From: Amphiscolops sp. MND2022
Taxonomy: Eukaryota
Reading direction: 5' to 3'
Assembly (NCBI GenBank): GCA_964187785.1
Contig: OZ076416.1
Coordinates: 19,964,001-20,028,000, forward strand
Length of the DNA: 64,000 bases
Part shown: piece after piece, positions 12,121 through 26,536 of the stretch
Layout of the letters: every line of letters begins with the position of its first letter
Numbering within the stretch: the stretch's first letter is position 1
Translations under genes and position numbers: made by a program
Notes under the pieces: model-generated
The model's input: only the letters and a program-made list of their open reading frames with translations
What the model was told of the DNA's origin: nothing
Database searches by the model: none

Positions 12121-13587
12121 ACTGGAACTTTTTGGGAGTAAAAAATTGTTCTAAAGCACATGGTGCACTTTTTCAATGCCTATAGCGTTGATTCAAGCTG
12201 TGAGTAGGCCCCCTTGGGTCCTGTGGCGATCACAGGAATCGCTGCCATAATTGATGGAAAAATATCTGTTTTTTCCTTCAAAACGCTTCTTGGCTAGTGG
12301 AAATTCATTATTGGAGCCTAAGACGAAACTAATTCACACTGACGCAACCTATGGGACCTGTGAAATTTGAAATTATGCTTTAGAAAAATATCAAAAGGTT
12401 TTAGGATGTCTGAGGGTACATAAAATTGTTTTTACGAAAGTTGCTATAAGCGAAGTGAACTTCTCGCACCGTCCGAAAATCGCCATACTGTGAGTTGGTC
12501 CAAATTGCAAATTCTTTTCGTCAATTACTTTAAGTACAGCTTACGTGGTGTCTTTTTGGTGCCTCTACGACCACTAGAAAAAATTTCGGACCCCCAGAAG
12601 TGTGTCTTTAAAACAGTGCTACAGGACGACTTTTTTCAGGCAGTATTTTGCCGATTTACTGGAACTTTTTGGGAGTAAAAAATTGTTCTAAAGCACATGG
12701 TGCACTTTTTCAATGCCTATAGCGTTGATTCAAGCTGTGAGTAGGGCCCCTTGGGTCCTGTGGCGATCACAGGAATCGCTGCCATAATTGATGGAAAAAT
12801 ATCTGTTTTTTCCTTCAAAACGCTTCTTGGCTAGCGGAAATTCATTATTGGAGCCCAAGACCGAACTAATTCACACTGACGCAACCTATGGGACCTGTGA
12901 TATGTGAAATTATGCTTTAGAAAGATATCAAAAGGTTTTAGGATGTCTGAGGGTACATAAAAATGTTTCTACGAAAGTTGCTATAAGCGAAGTGAACTTC
13001 TCGCACCGTCCGAAAATCGCCATAAAGGGGGGTTGGTCCAAATTGCACCCATTTTCGTTAATTACTGTAGGTACAGCTTACGTGGTGGTGTGACTTTGGT
13101 GCCTATACGACCACTAGAAAAAATTTCGGACCCCCAGAAGTGTTCCTTAAAACAGTGCTATGGGACGACTTTTTTCAGGCAGTACTTTGCCGATTTACTG
13201 GAAACTTTTTGCTGTAAAAAATTGTTCTAAAGCACATGGTGCACTTTTTCAGTGCCTATAGCTTTGATTTAGGCTATAGTTAGGGCCCACCGAGTCCTGT
13301 ATTGGTCACATGAACCGCTGCCATATTTGGTGTTTGCATAGCCAAAACTAACCTTTGCTCAACCCTTATATCGGTCTTGGCTAGCGGAATATCTTTTTTG
13401 GTCCCCAAGAACCAACTAATGCACACTGACGCAACCTATGGGACCTGTGATCTGTGAAATTATGCTTTAGAATGATATCAAGTGGTTTTAGGATGTCTGA
13501 GGGTATATAAGAATAATTTTACGAAAGTTGCTATAAACGAAGTGAACTTCTCGCACCGTCCGAAAAGCGCCATACTGTGAGTTGGTC
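12121..13587. repeat. Tandem array, ~538-bp unit, ~2.7 copies; related fragments at 19080-19765, 23270-23777 and inverted at ~37390-38040
   Basis: actggaac(t)ttttg recurs at 12121, 12658 and 13197. Confidence 0.9.
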
Positions 13588-14300
13588 CGCGAATCAAGAT
13601 TTTTTTCACTCTCAACCAGCAAAATAAAAATACTGATTGAGACGTTAGTCCGTTATTCAGGTCCCCCACATAATTTGAATTATCAATGTACGAGAATGAA
13701 GACAATCCAAATAAATATTGACGACTACAAAGGAAAACAATTCATCAAGTGGAAAAACCAGCATGAAATCAAAATAAATTCATAATCGATAGTGTTTCAA
13801 ACCAAAACAAAAAAAGTTCTATATTCAACGAACCGTTGTTTCTTCAAGGAAAACAAAGTGGCGACGTCCATGAAAAAGGCCCAGAAACTGCTGTTAAATT
13901 CAAGAAGCTCAGAATAAAAAAGAAAGAGATAGACTGAATAAGTAGGTATATTTCGTTCAGAACTGCTCTCTGAGATCCAACTTTGAGCTTTTTAAACTCA
14001 CATGAGCTAATTTGCTAATTTTGCTTGATAAAAATTTTTCTTCGAGGAAAACGTTGCTACAGGTCCCCACTGAAACGCCAAGTTTGGAAAGAAAAAATCC
14101 AATTTTTATTTTGCATAGCTATTCAAGGTTGCCGAGACATAGGGAAGATTTGCTATTTTTAATGAGAAATCAACTTTTGACTTTTTTATTGTTTCTCAAG
14201 TGACGAAGGGAAGTTTTCTGATCAAAAGCTCCGAACTGTTCTGAAATCTGTAAAGCAACCACACCTGATGACCTAGTTGTCTTTTTCTTATTTATAATTA
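13588..14300 (+). repeat. Block repeated at ~30950-31650 and ~38650-39170, carrying a stop-interrupted frame (…LIETLVRYSGPPHNLNYQCT…KWKNQHEIK…)
   Basis: ORFs 14012 and 31368 are nearly identical, and ORF 13478 matches the start of ORF 30748; the sequence identity is visible directly. Confidence 0.8.
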
Positions 14301-14460
14301 TAATAAAACAATAAGAAACAGTAATAAATTGTAATATTCGTAAAACATTAAGTGTCATGAGGGAGCTCAGAATGAAAAAGAACAAAATAGCATCCCCGAA
14401 AGAATTTATGTCACATAATATTCAGCACAGTTAAACCGTCAATCCGACAAGTATTTCTTC

Positions 14461-15237
14461 AGAACTTCCGACAACCATCAGCAGATAGAAAATGAATGAA
14501 TTGATAAATAACTCCTACAGAAGAAGTTAACGAAAACGAAAGACCTAAATTGCTGTAAAAGAATAATATCAAGAAGCTCAGAATGAAAAAGAATAAGATA
14601 GATTGAAGAATAAGTTATGAGCAAAGAAGCTGGAAAACAGTTTCTAGATTCTCAGTTTTGCATTCATAAGCATTCCATGTAGCACAGTTAAACCGTCAAT
14701 CCGACAAGTAATTCTTCAGAACTTCCGACAACCATCAGCAGATAGAAAATGAATGAATTGATAAATAACTCCTACAGAAGAAGTTAACGAAAACGAAAGA
14801 CCTAAACTGCTGTAAAAGAATAATATCATCAAGAAGCTCAGAATGAAAAAGAATAAGATAGATTGAAGAATAAGTTATGAGCAAAGAAGCTGGAAAACAG
14901 TTTCTAGATTCTCAGTTTTGCATTCATAAGCATTCCATGTAGCAGAGTTAAACTGTCAATCCGACAAGTAATTCTTCAGAACTTCCGACAACCATCAGCA
15001 GATAGAAAATGAATGAATTGATAAATAACTCCTACAGAAGAAGTTAACGAAAACGAAAGACCTAAATTGCTGTAAAAGAATAATATCATCAAGAAGCTCA
15101 GAATGAAAAAGAATAAGATAGATTGAAGAATAAGTTATGAGCAAAGAAGCTGGAAAACAGTTTCTAGATTCTCAGTTTTGCATTCATAAGCATTCCATGT
15201 AGCACAGTTAAACCGTCAATCCGACAAGTAATTCTTC
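14461..15237. repeat. Tandem array, ~260-bp unit, 3 copies; further units at ~10595-10860, 17720-18145, 21915-22340, 25950-26460
   Basis: agaacttccgacaacc at 14461, 14718 and 14978. Confidence 0.9.
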
Positions 15238-16422
15238 AGTGCATTGAAAAAGTGCATCATTTGTTTTGGAACAATTTTTACTCTCACTAATTGATAAGTT
15301 AATAAAGTTCTTTTTCAGAAAATCTTCAACTCATTCAAGGAGAATTAAGTCTTCTCTCTCTCTCTCTCTGTCTCTCTCTCATGATGCACATTTTCGCAGC
15401 CAGCTCCCTGCACCGAGCAATTCAAACGCTTCCTGACGGTGTGAAAAAAAGACTGTCATTTTTGACAGTTATCCCATGTCTCCATCCCAATGAAAATTCA
15501 GCGCAAAACTTTCGTAAAGCAGTTCAATTTCAAATCAAACTCCTACAGAAGAAGTCGAAGAAAATTCCAGAAGTTGTCATTTGGAATGATGCCATCAATA
15601 ATACTCTTACTCCCCATTCTTCTAACTTCTACAGCCCGCTGATCCCAAGTCAGTTGATCGCGGAGATCCAAAAACCTCCAGTCGTCATCAAGGCAGTAGT
15701 ATATTGCTAAAGAAAGTACGTCTGAAATATATGACCTACTGAAACAGCACTTCCAGACGATTCACATGACTAAATTAACCAAGCGTAAGATGGTATAACT
15801 TAAGGTTAGAATTACGAGGGTATCTAGTCCTTGTTCTTGATTGATCAATGATTTATATAAAAAAGACTTAGTGTGGCTTTTACGTGAAAATGAGATGAAA
15901 GATTCAGCTCGGAAATCAGTACACGTTCACCGATATCGAAACTATGTTCATCGACGCCACGAACGGAGAAATTGCTGGTCTAGCGCGATACATGAGTCAA
16001 AATTCTTGTCAAAATTCAACAAGAAATTAATTACCAATAATTATAATAAAATATTGCATGGTTATGTTATGTTAATAAACATACATATTCACAAAATGTA
16101 CAATTCACCGACAGAATTTGAGTAAAGATCAAAGAAGTTCAGAAAAAAGAAGAACAAGATAGACTGAGTAAGTTATGAGCAAGGACCGTCCTAGAGACGA
16201 CCGGAGCAGGACATCCAAGACTCCTAAAACAACGGGCTTTGTGATCGGCAGCGGTCTTTGTGATCGGCAGAGGACTTGAAGTGCCCAGATTACAACCTAA
16301 ATCAACGATATAGGCATTGAAAAAGTGCATCATTTGCTTTAGAACAATTTGTACTCTCACTAATTGATAAGTTAATAACGTTCTTTTCCAGAAAATCTTC
16401 AACTCATTCAAGGAGAATTAAG

Positions 16423-16474
<52 letters not shown>

Positions 16475-17564
16475 CTCTCTGTCTCTCTCTCTCTCATGAT
16501 GCACATTTTCGCAGCCAGCTCCCTGCACCGAGCAATTCAAACGCTTCCTGACGGTGTGAAAAAAGACGGTCTTTTTTGACAGTTATCACAGGTCTCCATC
16601 CCAATGAAAATTCAGCGCAAAACTTTCGTAAAGCAGTTCAATTCAAATCAAACTCCTACAGAAGAAAATTTAAGAAGTTGTCATTTGGCATGATGCCATC
16701 AATACTCTTACTCCCCATTCTTCTAACTTCTACAGCCCGCTGATCCCAAGTCAGTTGATCGCGGAGATCCAAAAACTGCCAGGCGTCATCAAGGCAGTAG
16801 TATATTATGACTAAATTGACCAAGCGTAATATGGTATATTTTAAGGTTAGAATTATGAAGTTATCTAGTCTTCGTTCTTGATTGATAAATATTTTATAAA
16901 AAAGACTTAGTGTGGTTTTTACGTGAAAATGAGATGAATGATTTAGCTCGGAAATCAGTACTTGTTCACCGATATCAAAACGATGTTCATCGATGCCAAT
17001 ATATCATCCAACTATTATAACCTCTTGGACATCCAGCAACTGATTTTGGAACTCCAAAAACTTCCAGTGAAAATTAAGGCAATCGTTTACTGCCAGAGAG
17101 AAGGCGCCTGTGACATCTTCATTAAATGAATAGTTACTATTGGACGATATGTTGGGTAACAGCTGTGGCGGCTGTGACTCGTCCATAGAATCTCTTTAAT
17201 AAGTTTATCAATCGCACCAGAGAGGCCAGATCTTCCAGACAGAGTTCCATAATGGACAGGTTTCGCAAAATCTCCACCTCCCGCGTGATGATGACGTCAA
17301 ATGTAGTACCAACACACTTCTCATTTTTCCGTTGCGAGGTCAATTTCTTTGAAACAAAGAACAAATAACAGAACTGATGAAGGTGTAGCATCACCAGCAA
17401 CATGATAATGTATTCGTAGTAACAAAAGTTTTGGTAATACCATTTTATAGAATCAAAATCAATTGTGTCATGTGAGATGAAAATAAATAAAAAATTGAAA
17501 TAACTAAAAAAATAATTAATGAAGCATTTTTTCATCCTGTTTAGGGACGATTTAGCTATGTTAA

Positions 17565-17670
17565 ACATTTTTATAATACACGTATAAACTACTGCAAACG
17601 ATGTGGCGCTACTGCTATTGTATTTCTAGCACCACTCCCGGTAGGAGAGGGTGGTATACCTTGGCTTGTC
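17565..17670 (-). promoter_or_regulatory. Candidate promoter cassette (TACGTGTATTATAAA...ATG); copies at ~21765-21862, 25802-25890 and a diverged one at ~37163-37258
   Basis: A ~100-bp block with a TATAAA motif lies immediately 5' of the ATG of the 143-aa ORF (17568) and of a dissimilar ORF (37149). Confidence 0.4.
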
Positions 17671-20576
17671 TTTTTTCACTCTGCAAGAGTTGGGTCCAAA
17701 TATAAAAGAGCGCCAAATTGCTGTAAAAGAATAATATCATCAAGAAGCTCAGAATGAAAAAGAATAAGCTAGATTGAAGAATAAGTTATGAGTAAAGAAG
17801 CTGGAAAACAGTTTCTAGATTCTCAGTTTTGCATTCATAAGCATTCCATGTAGCACAGTTAAACCGTCAATCCGACAAGTAATTCTTCAGAACTTCCGAC
17901 AACCATCAGCAGATAGAAAATGAATGAATTGATAAATAACTCCTACAGAAGAAGTTAACGAAAACGAAAGACCTAAATTGCTGTAAAAGAATAATATCAT
18001 CAAGAAGCTCAGAATGAAAAAGAATAGGATAGATTGAAGAATAAGTTATGAGCCAAGAAGCTGGAAAACAGTTTCTAGATTCTCAGTTTTGCATTCATAA
18101 GCATTCCATGTAGCACAGTTAAACCGTCAATCCGACAAGTAATTCTTGTCATTATAAAGTAAATCATTATATTTCTAGTCGTTGAAGCATGTGTTGTTTT
18201 GAACAGGAACAAGAAAGTCAAAATTCTTGTCAAAATTCAACAAGAAATAAATTACCATTAATTACAATAAAATATTGCATGGTTATGTCATGTTAATAAA
18301 CAAACATATTCACAAAATGTACAATTCACCGACAGAATTTGAGTAAAGATCGAAGGCATGTTAATATGTGGCGGCATAAGATTAAAGATGTATTAAAAAT
18401 GTTTTATATAAATATTATTCTGATTGACAAAATTGGTGGTCATGCATAAAAACTTGAGCCACCAAAACATCCTCATGAGTTTTATCTTTGATTATGGCGG
18501 CCTTTTCCGTAAAAAAACACAAATTGCTGTAAAACAAATTCATCAAGAAGCTCAAAATAAAGAAGAACAAGATAGACTGAGTAAGTTATGAGCAAGGTTC
18601 GTCCTAGAGACGACCGGAGCAGGACATCCAAGACCCCTAAAACAACGGTCTTTGTGATCGACAGCGGTCTTTGTGATCGGCAGAGGACTTGAAGTGCCCA
18701 AATTACAACTTAAATCAACGGTATAGGCATTGAAAAAGTACATCATTCGCTTTAGAACAATTTTTACTCTCACTAATTGATAAGTTAATAACGTTCTTTT
18801 CCAGAAAATCTTAAACTCATCCAAGGAGAATTAAGTCTTCTCTCTCTCTCATGATGCACATTTTCGCAGCCAGCTCCCTGCACCGAGCAATTCAAACGCT
18901 TCCTGGCGGTGTGAAAAAAGACTGTCATTTTTGACAGTTATCCCATATCTCCATCCCAATGAAAATTCAGCGCAAAACTTTCGTAAAGCAGTTCAATTTC
19001 AAATCAAACTCCTACAGAAGAAGTCGAAGAAATAATTCCAGAATTTGTCATTTGGAATGATGCCATCAAGCCCAGCGCGTTGATTCAGGCTGTAATTAGG
19101 ACACTTCAAGTCCTTTGCCAATCACAAAGACCGATGCCGTCATACCTTTTTTTAGACCCAAAAGCGTGCATCAAAACAATGCTATAGGACGATTTTTCTC
19201 AGGCCTTATTTTGCTGAATTACTGGAACTTTTGGCAGTGAAAATGTTCTAAAGCATATGCTGCACTTTTTCATTGCCTATCGCTGATTTAAGCTGTAATT
19301 AGGACACTTCAAGTCCTCTGCTGTTTTTGGTGTCTTGAATATCCTGCTCCGGCTGTCTCTAGGCGTTCTCTGTTTCTGCAGCACCGTCCGAAAATCGCTT
19401 CACTATAAGTTGGTCCCAATTGCACCCATTTTCGTCAATTACTACGGTTACAGCTTACGTGGTGTGATTTTAGCGCCTCTGCAACCACTAGAAAACATTT
19501 TAGACCCCCAAAAGCGTACATCAAAACAATGCTATAGGACGATTTTTCTCAGGCCTTATTTTGCTGAATTACTGGAAACTTTTGGCAGTGAAAATGTTCT
19601 AAAGCATATGGTGCACTTTTTCATTGCCTATCGCTGATTTAAGCTGTAATTAGGACACTTCAAGTCCTCTGCTGTTTTTGGGGTGCTGAACATCCTGCTC
19701 CGGCTGTCTCTAGGCGTTCCTGGTTTCTCTAGCATCGTCCGAAAATTGCTTTACTAAAAGTTGGTCCCAATAATACTCTTACTCCCCATTCTTCTAACTT
19801 CTACAGCCCGCTGATCCCAAGTCAGTTGATCGCGGAGATCCTAAAACTTCCAGTCGTCATCAAGGCAGTAGTATATTGCTAGAGAAAGTACGCCTGAAAT
19901 ATATGACCTACTGAAACAGCACTTCCATACGATTCACATGACTAAATTAACCAAGCGTAAGATGGTATAATTTAAGGTTAGAATTACGAGGGTATCTAGT
20001 CCTTGTTCTTGATTGATAAATGATTTATATAAAAAAGACTTAGTGTGGCTTTTACGTGAAAATGAGATGAAAGATTCAGCTCGGAAATCAGTATACGTTC
20101 ACCGATATCGAAACTATGTTCATCGACGCCACGAACGGAGAAATTGCTGGTCTAGCGCGATACATGAGTCAAAATTCTTGTCAAAATTCAACAAGAAATT
20201 AATTACCATTAATTACAATAAAATATTGCATGGTTATGTTATGTTAATAAACATACATATTCACAAAATGTACAATTCACCGACAGAATTTGAGTAAAGA
20301 TCAAAGAAGTTCAGAATAAAGAAGAACAAGATAGACTGAGTAAGTTATGAGCAAGGACCGTCCTAGAGACGACCGGAGCAGGACATCCAAGACCCCTAAA
20401 ACAACGGGCTTTGTGATCGGCAGCGGTCTTTGTGATCGGCAGAGGACTTGAAGTGCCCAGATTACAACCTAAATCAACGCTATAGGCATTGAAAAAGTGC
20501 ATCATTTGCTTTAGAACAATTTGTACTCTCACTAATTGATAAGTTAATAACGTTCTTTTCCAGAAAATCTTCAACT

Positions 20577-20706
20577 NNNNNNNNNNNNNNNNNNNNNNNN
20601 NNNNNNNNNNNNNNNNNNNNNNNNNNNNNNNNNNNNNNNNNNNNNNNNNNNNNNNNNNNNNNNNNNNNNNNNNNNNNNNNNNNNNNNNNNNNNNNNNNNN
20701 NNNNNN
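20577..20706. other. Assembly gap (130 N)
   Basis: N run at the position occupied by the (CT)n tract in the first unit. Confidence 1.
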
Positions 20707-23700
20707 GCAGCCAGCTCCCTGCACCGAGCAATTCAAACGCTTCCTGACGGTGTGAAAAAAGACGGTCTTTTTTGACAGTTATCACAGGTCTCCATCCCAA
20801 TGAAAATTCAGCGCAAAACTTTCGTAAAGCAGTTCAATTCAAATCAAACTCCTACAGAAGAAAATTTAAGAAGTTGTCATTTGGCATGATGCCATCAATA
20901 CTCTTACTCCCCATTCTTCTAACTTCTACAGCCCGCTGATCCCAAGTCAGTTGATCGCGGAGATCCAAAAACTGCCAGGCGTCATCAAGGCAGTAGTATA
21001 TTATGACTAAATTGACCAAGCGTAATATGGTATAATTTAAGGTTAGAAGTATGAGGTTATCTAGTCTTCGCTCTTGATTGATAAATAATTTATAAAAAAG
21101 ACTTAGTGTGGTTTTTACGTGAAAATGAGATGAATGATTTAGCTCGGAAATCAGTACTTGTTCACCGATATCAAAACGATGTTCATCGACGCCAATATAT
21201 CATCCAACTATTATAACTCCTTGGACATCCAGCAACTGATTTTGGAACTCCAAAAACTTCCAGTGAAAATTAAGGCAATCGTTTACTGCCAGAGAGAAGG
21301 CGCCTGTGACATCTTCATTAAATGAATAGTTACTATTGGACGATATGTTGGGTAACAGCTGTGGCGGCTGTGACTCGTCCATAGAATCTCTTTAATAAGT
21401 TTATCAATCGCACCAGAGAGGCCAGATCTTCCAGACAGAGTTCCATAATGGACAGGTTTCGCAAAATCTCCACCTCCCGCGTGATGATGACGTCAAATGT
21501 AGTACCAACACACTTCTCATTTTTCCGTTGCGAGGTCAATTTCTTTGAAACAAAGAACAAATAACAGAACTGATGAAGGTGTAGCATCCCCAGCAACATG
21601 ATAATGTATTCGTAGAAACAAAAGTTTTGGTAATACCATTTTATAGAATCAAAATCAATTGTGTCATGTGAGATGAAAATAAATAAAAAATTAAAATAAC
21701 TAAAAAAATAATTAATGAAGCATTTTTTCATCCTGTTTAGGGACGATTTAGCTATGTTAAACATTTTTATAATACACGTATAAACTACTGCAAACGATGT
21801 GGCGCTACTGCTATTGTATTTCTAGCACCACTCCGGGTAGGAGAGGGTGGTATACCTTGGCTTGTCTTTTTTCACTCTGCAAGAGTTGGGTCCAAATATA
21901 AAAGAGAGCGCCAAATTGCTGTAAAAGAATAATATCATCAAGAAGCTCAGAATGAAAAAGAAGAGGCTAGATTGAAGAAAAAGTTATGAGCAAAGAAGCT
22001 GGAAAACAGTTTCTAGATTCTCAGTTTTGCATTCATAAGCATTCCATGTAGCACAGTTAAACCGTCAATCCGACAAGTTATTCTTCAGAACTTCCGACAA
22101 CCATCAGCAGATAGAAAATGAATGAATTGATAAATAACTCCTACAGAAGAAGTTAACGAAAACGAAAGACCTAAATTGCTGTAAAAGAATAATATCAAGA
22201 AGCTCAGAATGAAAAAGAATAAGATAGATTGAAGAATAAGTTATGAGCAAAGAAGCTGGAAAACAGTTTCTAGATTCTGTTTTGCATTCACAAGCATTCC
22301 ATGTAGCACAGTTAAACCGTCAATCCGACAAGTAATTCTTGTCATTATAAAGTAAATCATTATATTTCTAGTCGTTGAAGCATGTGTTGTTTTGAACAGG
22401 AACAAGAAAGTCAAAATTCTTGTCAAAATTCAACAAGAAATAAATTACCATTAATTACAATAAAATATTGCATGGTTATGTCATGTTAATAAACAAACAT
22501 ATTCACAAAATGTACAATTCACCGACAGAATTTGAGTAAAGATCGAAGGTATGTTAATATGTGGCGGCATAAGATTAAAGATGTATTAAAAATGTTTTAT
22601 ATAAATATTATTCTGATTGACAAAATTGGTGGTCCTGCATAAAAAATTGAGCCACCAAAACATCCTCATGAGTTTTATCTTTGATTATGGCGGCCTTTTC
22701 CGTAAAAAAACACAAATTGCTGTAAAACAAATTCATCAAGAAGCTCAAAATAAAGAAGAACAAGATAGACTGAGTAAGTTATGAGCAAGGTTCGTCCTAG
22801 AGACGACCGGAGCAGGACATCCAAGACCCCTAAAACAACGGTCTTTGTGATCGACAGCGGTCTTTGTGATCGGCAGAGGACTTGAAGTGCCCATATTACA
22901 ACCTAAATCAACGCTATAGGCATTGAAAAAGTGCATCATTTGCTTTAGAACAATTTGTACTCTCACTAATTGATAAGTTAATAACGTTCTTTTCCAGAAA
23001 ATCTTAAACTCATCCAAGGAGAATTAAGTCTTCTCTCTCTCTCTCATGATGCACATTTTCGCAGCCAGCTCCCTGCACCGAGCAATTCAAACGCTTCCTG
23101 GCGGTGTGAAAAAAAGACTGTCATTTTTGACAGTTATCCCATATCTCCATCCCAATGAAAATTCAGCGCAAAACTTTCGTAAAACAGTGCAATTTCAAAT
23201 CAAACTCCTACAGAAGAAATCGAAGAAATAATTCCAGAAGTTGTCATTTGGAATGATGCCATCAAGCCCAGCGCGTTGATTCAGGCTGTAACTAGGACAC
23301 TTCAAGTCCTTTGCCAATCACAAAGGCCGATGCCGTTTTTGGTGTCTTGAATATCCTGCTCCGGCTGTCTCTAGGCGTTCTCTGTTTCTGCAGCACCGTC
23401 CGAAAATCGCTTCACTATAAGTTGGTCCCAATTACACCCATTTTCGTCAATTACTACGGTTACAGCTTACGTGGTGTGATTTTATCGCCTCTGCAACCAC
23501 TAGAAAACATTTTAGACCCAAAAGCGTGCATCAAAACAATGCTATAGGACGATTTTTCTCAGGCCTTATTTTGCTGAATTACTGGAACTTTTGGCAGTGA
23601 AAATGTTCTAAAGCATATGCTGCACTTTTTCATTGCCTATCGCTGATTTAAGCTGTAATTAGGACACTTCAAGTCCTCTGCTGTTTTTGGGGTGCTGAAC

Positions 23701-24566
23701 ATCCTGCTCCGGCTGTCTCTAGGCGTTCCTGGTTTCTCTAGCATCGTCCGAAAATTGCTTTACTAAAAGTTGGTCCCAATAATACTCTTACTCCCCATTC
23801 TTCTAACTTCTACAGCCCGCTGATCCCAAGTCAGTTGATCGCGGAGATCCAAAAACTTCCAGTCGTCATCAAGGCAGTAGTATATTGCTAGAGAAAGTAC
23901 GCCTGAAATATATGACCTACTGAAACAGCACTTCCATACGATTCACATGACTAAATTAACCAAGCGTAAGATGGTATAATTTATCGTTAGAATTACGAGG
24001 GTATCTAGTCCTTGTTCTTGATTGATAAATGATTTATATAAAAAAGACTTAGTGTGGCTTTTACGTGAAAATGAGATGAAAGATTCAGCTCGGAAATCAG
24101 TATACGTTCACCGATATCGAAACTATGTTCATCGACGCCACGAACGGAGAAATTGTTGGTCTAGCGCAATACATGAGTCAAAATTCTTGTCAAAATTCAA
24201 CAAGAAATTAATTACCATTAATTACAATAAAATATTGCATGGTTATGTTATGTTAATAAACATACATATTCACAAAATGTACAATTCACCGACAGAATTT
24301 GAGTAAAGATCAAAGAAGTTCAGAAAAAAGAAGAACAAGATAGACTGAGTAAGTTATGAGCAAGGACCGTCCTAGAGACGACCGAAGCAGGACATCCAAG
24401 ACCCCTAAAACAACGGTCTTTGTGATCGGCAGAGGACTTGAAGTGCCCAGATTACAACCTAAATCAACGCTATAGGCATTGAAAAAGTGCATCATTTGCT
24501 TTAGAACAATTTGTACTCTCACTAATTGATAAGTTAATAACGTTCTTTTCCAGAAAATCTTCAACC

Positions 24567-24739
24567 NNNNNNNNNNNNNNNNNNNNNNNNNNNNNNNNNN
24601 NNNNNNNNNNNNNNNNNNNNNNNNNNNNNNNNNNNNNNNNNNNNNNNNNNNNNNNNNNNNNNNNNNNNNNNNNNNNNNNNNNNNNNNNNNNNNNNNNNNN
24701 NNNNNNNNNNNNNNNNNNNNNNNNNNNNNNNNNNNNNNN
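24567..24739. other. Assembly gap (173 N)
   Basis: N run at the equivalent (CT)n position. Confidence 1.
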
Positions 24740-26536
24740 TTCGCAGCCAGCTCCCTGCACCGAGCAATTCAAACGCTTCCTGACGGTGTGAAAAAAGACG
24801 GTCTTTTTTGACAGTTATCACAGGTCTCCATCCCAATGAAAATTCAGCGCAAAACTTTCGTAAAACAGTTCAATTCAAATCAAACTCCTACAGAAGAAAA
24901 TTTAAGAAGTTGTCATTTGGCATGATGCCATCAATACTCTTACTCCCCATTCTTCTAACTTCTACAGCCCGCTGATCCCAAGTCAGTTGATCGCGGAGAT
25001 CCAAAAACTGCCAGGCGTCATCAAGGCAGTAGTATATTATGACTAAATTGACCAAGCGTAATATGGTATAATTTAAGGTTAGAATTATGAGGTTATCTAG
25101 TCTTCGTTCTTGATTGATAAATAATTTATAAAAAAGACTTAGTGTGGTTTTTACGTGAAAATGAGATGAATGATTTAGCTCGGAAATCAGTACTTGTTCA
25201 CCGATATCAAAACGATGTTCATCGACGCCAATATATCATCCAACTATTATAACCCCTTGGACATCCAGCAACTGATTTTGGAACTCCCAAAACTTCCAGT
25301 GAAAACTAAGGCAATCGTTTACTGCCAGAGAGAAGGCGCCTGTGACATCTTCATTAAATGAATAGTTACTATTGGACGATATGTTGGGTAACAGCTGTCG
25401 CGGCTGTGACTCGTCCATAGAATCTCTTTAATAAGTTTATCAATCGCACCAGAGAGGCCAGATCTTCCAGACAGAGTTCCATAATGGACAGGTTTCGCAA
25501 AATCTCCACCTCCCGCGTGATGATGACGTCAAATGTAGTACCAACACACTTCTCATTTTTCCGTTGCGAGGTCAATTTCTTTGAAACAAAGAACAAATAA
25601 CAGAACTGATGAAGGTGTAGCATCACCAGCAACATGATAATGTATTCGTAGAAACAAAAGTTTTGGTAATACCATTTTATAGAATCAAAATCAATTGTGT
25701 CATGTGAGATGAAAATAAATAAAAAACTGAAATAACTAAAAAAAATAATTAATGAAGCATTTTTTCATCCTGTTTAGGGACGATTTAGCTATGTTAAACA
25801 TTTTTATAATACACGTATAAACTACTGCAAACGATGTGGCGCTACTGCTATTGTATTTCTAGCACCACTCCGGGTAGGAGAGGGTGGTATACCTTGGCTT
25901 GTCTTTTTTCACTCTGCAAGAGTTGGGTCCAAATATAAAAGAGAGCGCCAAATTGCTGTAAAAGAATAATATCATCAAGAAGCTCAGAATGAAAAAGAAT
26001 AGGCTAGATTGAAGAATAAGTTATGAGCAAAGAAGCTGGAAAACAGTTTCTAGATTCTCAGTTTTGCATTCATAAGCATTCCATGTAGCACAGTTAAACT
26101 GTCAATCCGACAAGTAATTCTTCAGAACTTCCGACAACCATCAGCAGATAGAAAATGAATGAATTGATAAATAACTCCTACAGAAGAAGTTAACGAAAAC
26201 GAAAGACCTAAATTGCTGTAAAAGAATAATATCATCAAGAAGCTCAGAATGAAAAAGAATAAGATAGATTGAAGAATAAGCTATGAGCAAAGAAGCTGGA
26301 AAAGTTTCTAGATTCTCAGTTTTGCATTCATAAGCATTCCATGTAGCACAGTTAAACCGTCAATCCGACAAGTAATTTTCAGAGCTTCCGACAACCATCA
26401 GCAGATAGAAAATGAATGAATTGATGAATAACTCCTACAGAAGAAGTTAACGAAAACGAAAAGACCTGAAGTTGTCATCTGTCACGACGTTTTGAATTCA
26501 CTTCAGGGTTGTTATCGTGTAACGTTTTAGAGATGA

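Larger units (their letters stand above)
15597..26460. repeat. Tandem segmental triplication, units of ~4.17 kb, ~4.01 kb and a partial third
   Basis: aataatactcttactcccc starts units at 15597, 19769 and 23778; ORFs recur at 15841/20013/24022 and 17004/21200/25236. Confidence 0.9.

Noticed and set aside
15841-16125. 94-aa ORF MINDLYKKDLV… (three copies) as a real gene
   Set aside because: It runs through the SET fragment largely out of frame and across a deletion junction; the SET reading is in another frame.
17625-17660. Hairpin next to CTAG as a Helitron 3' end
   Set aside because: Spacing is wrong and the next base is A rather than T; better explained as part of the upstream cassette.
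20311-24836. ORFs containing X runs
   Set aside because: Artefacts of reading through N gaps.
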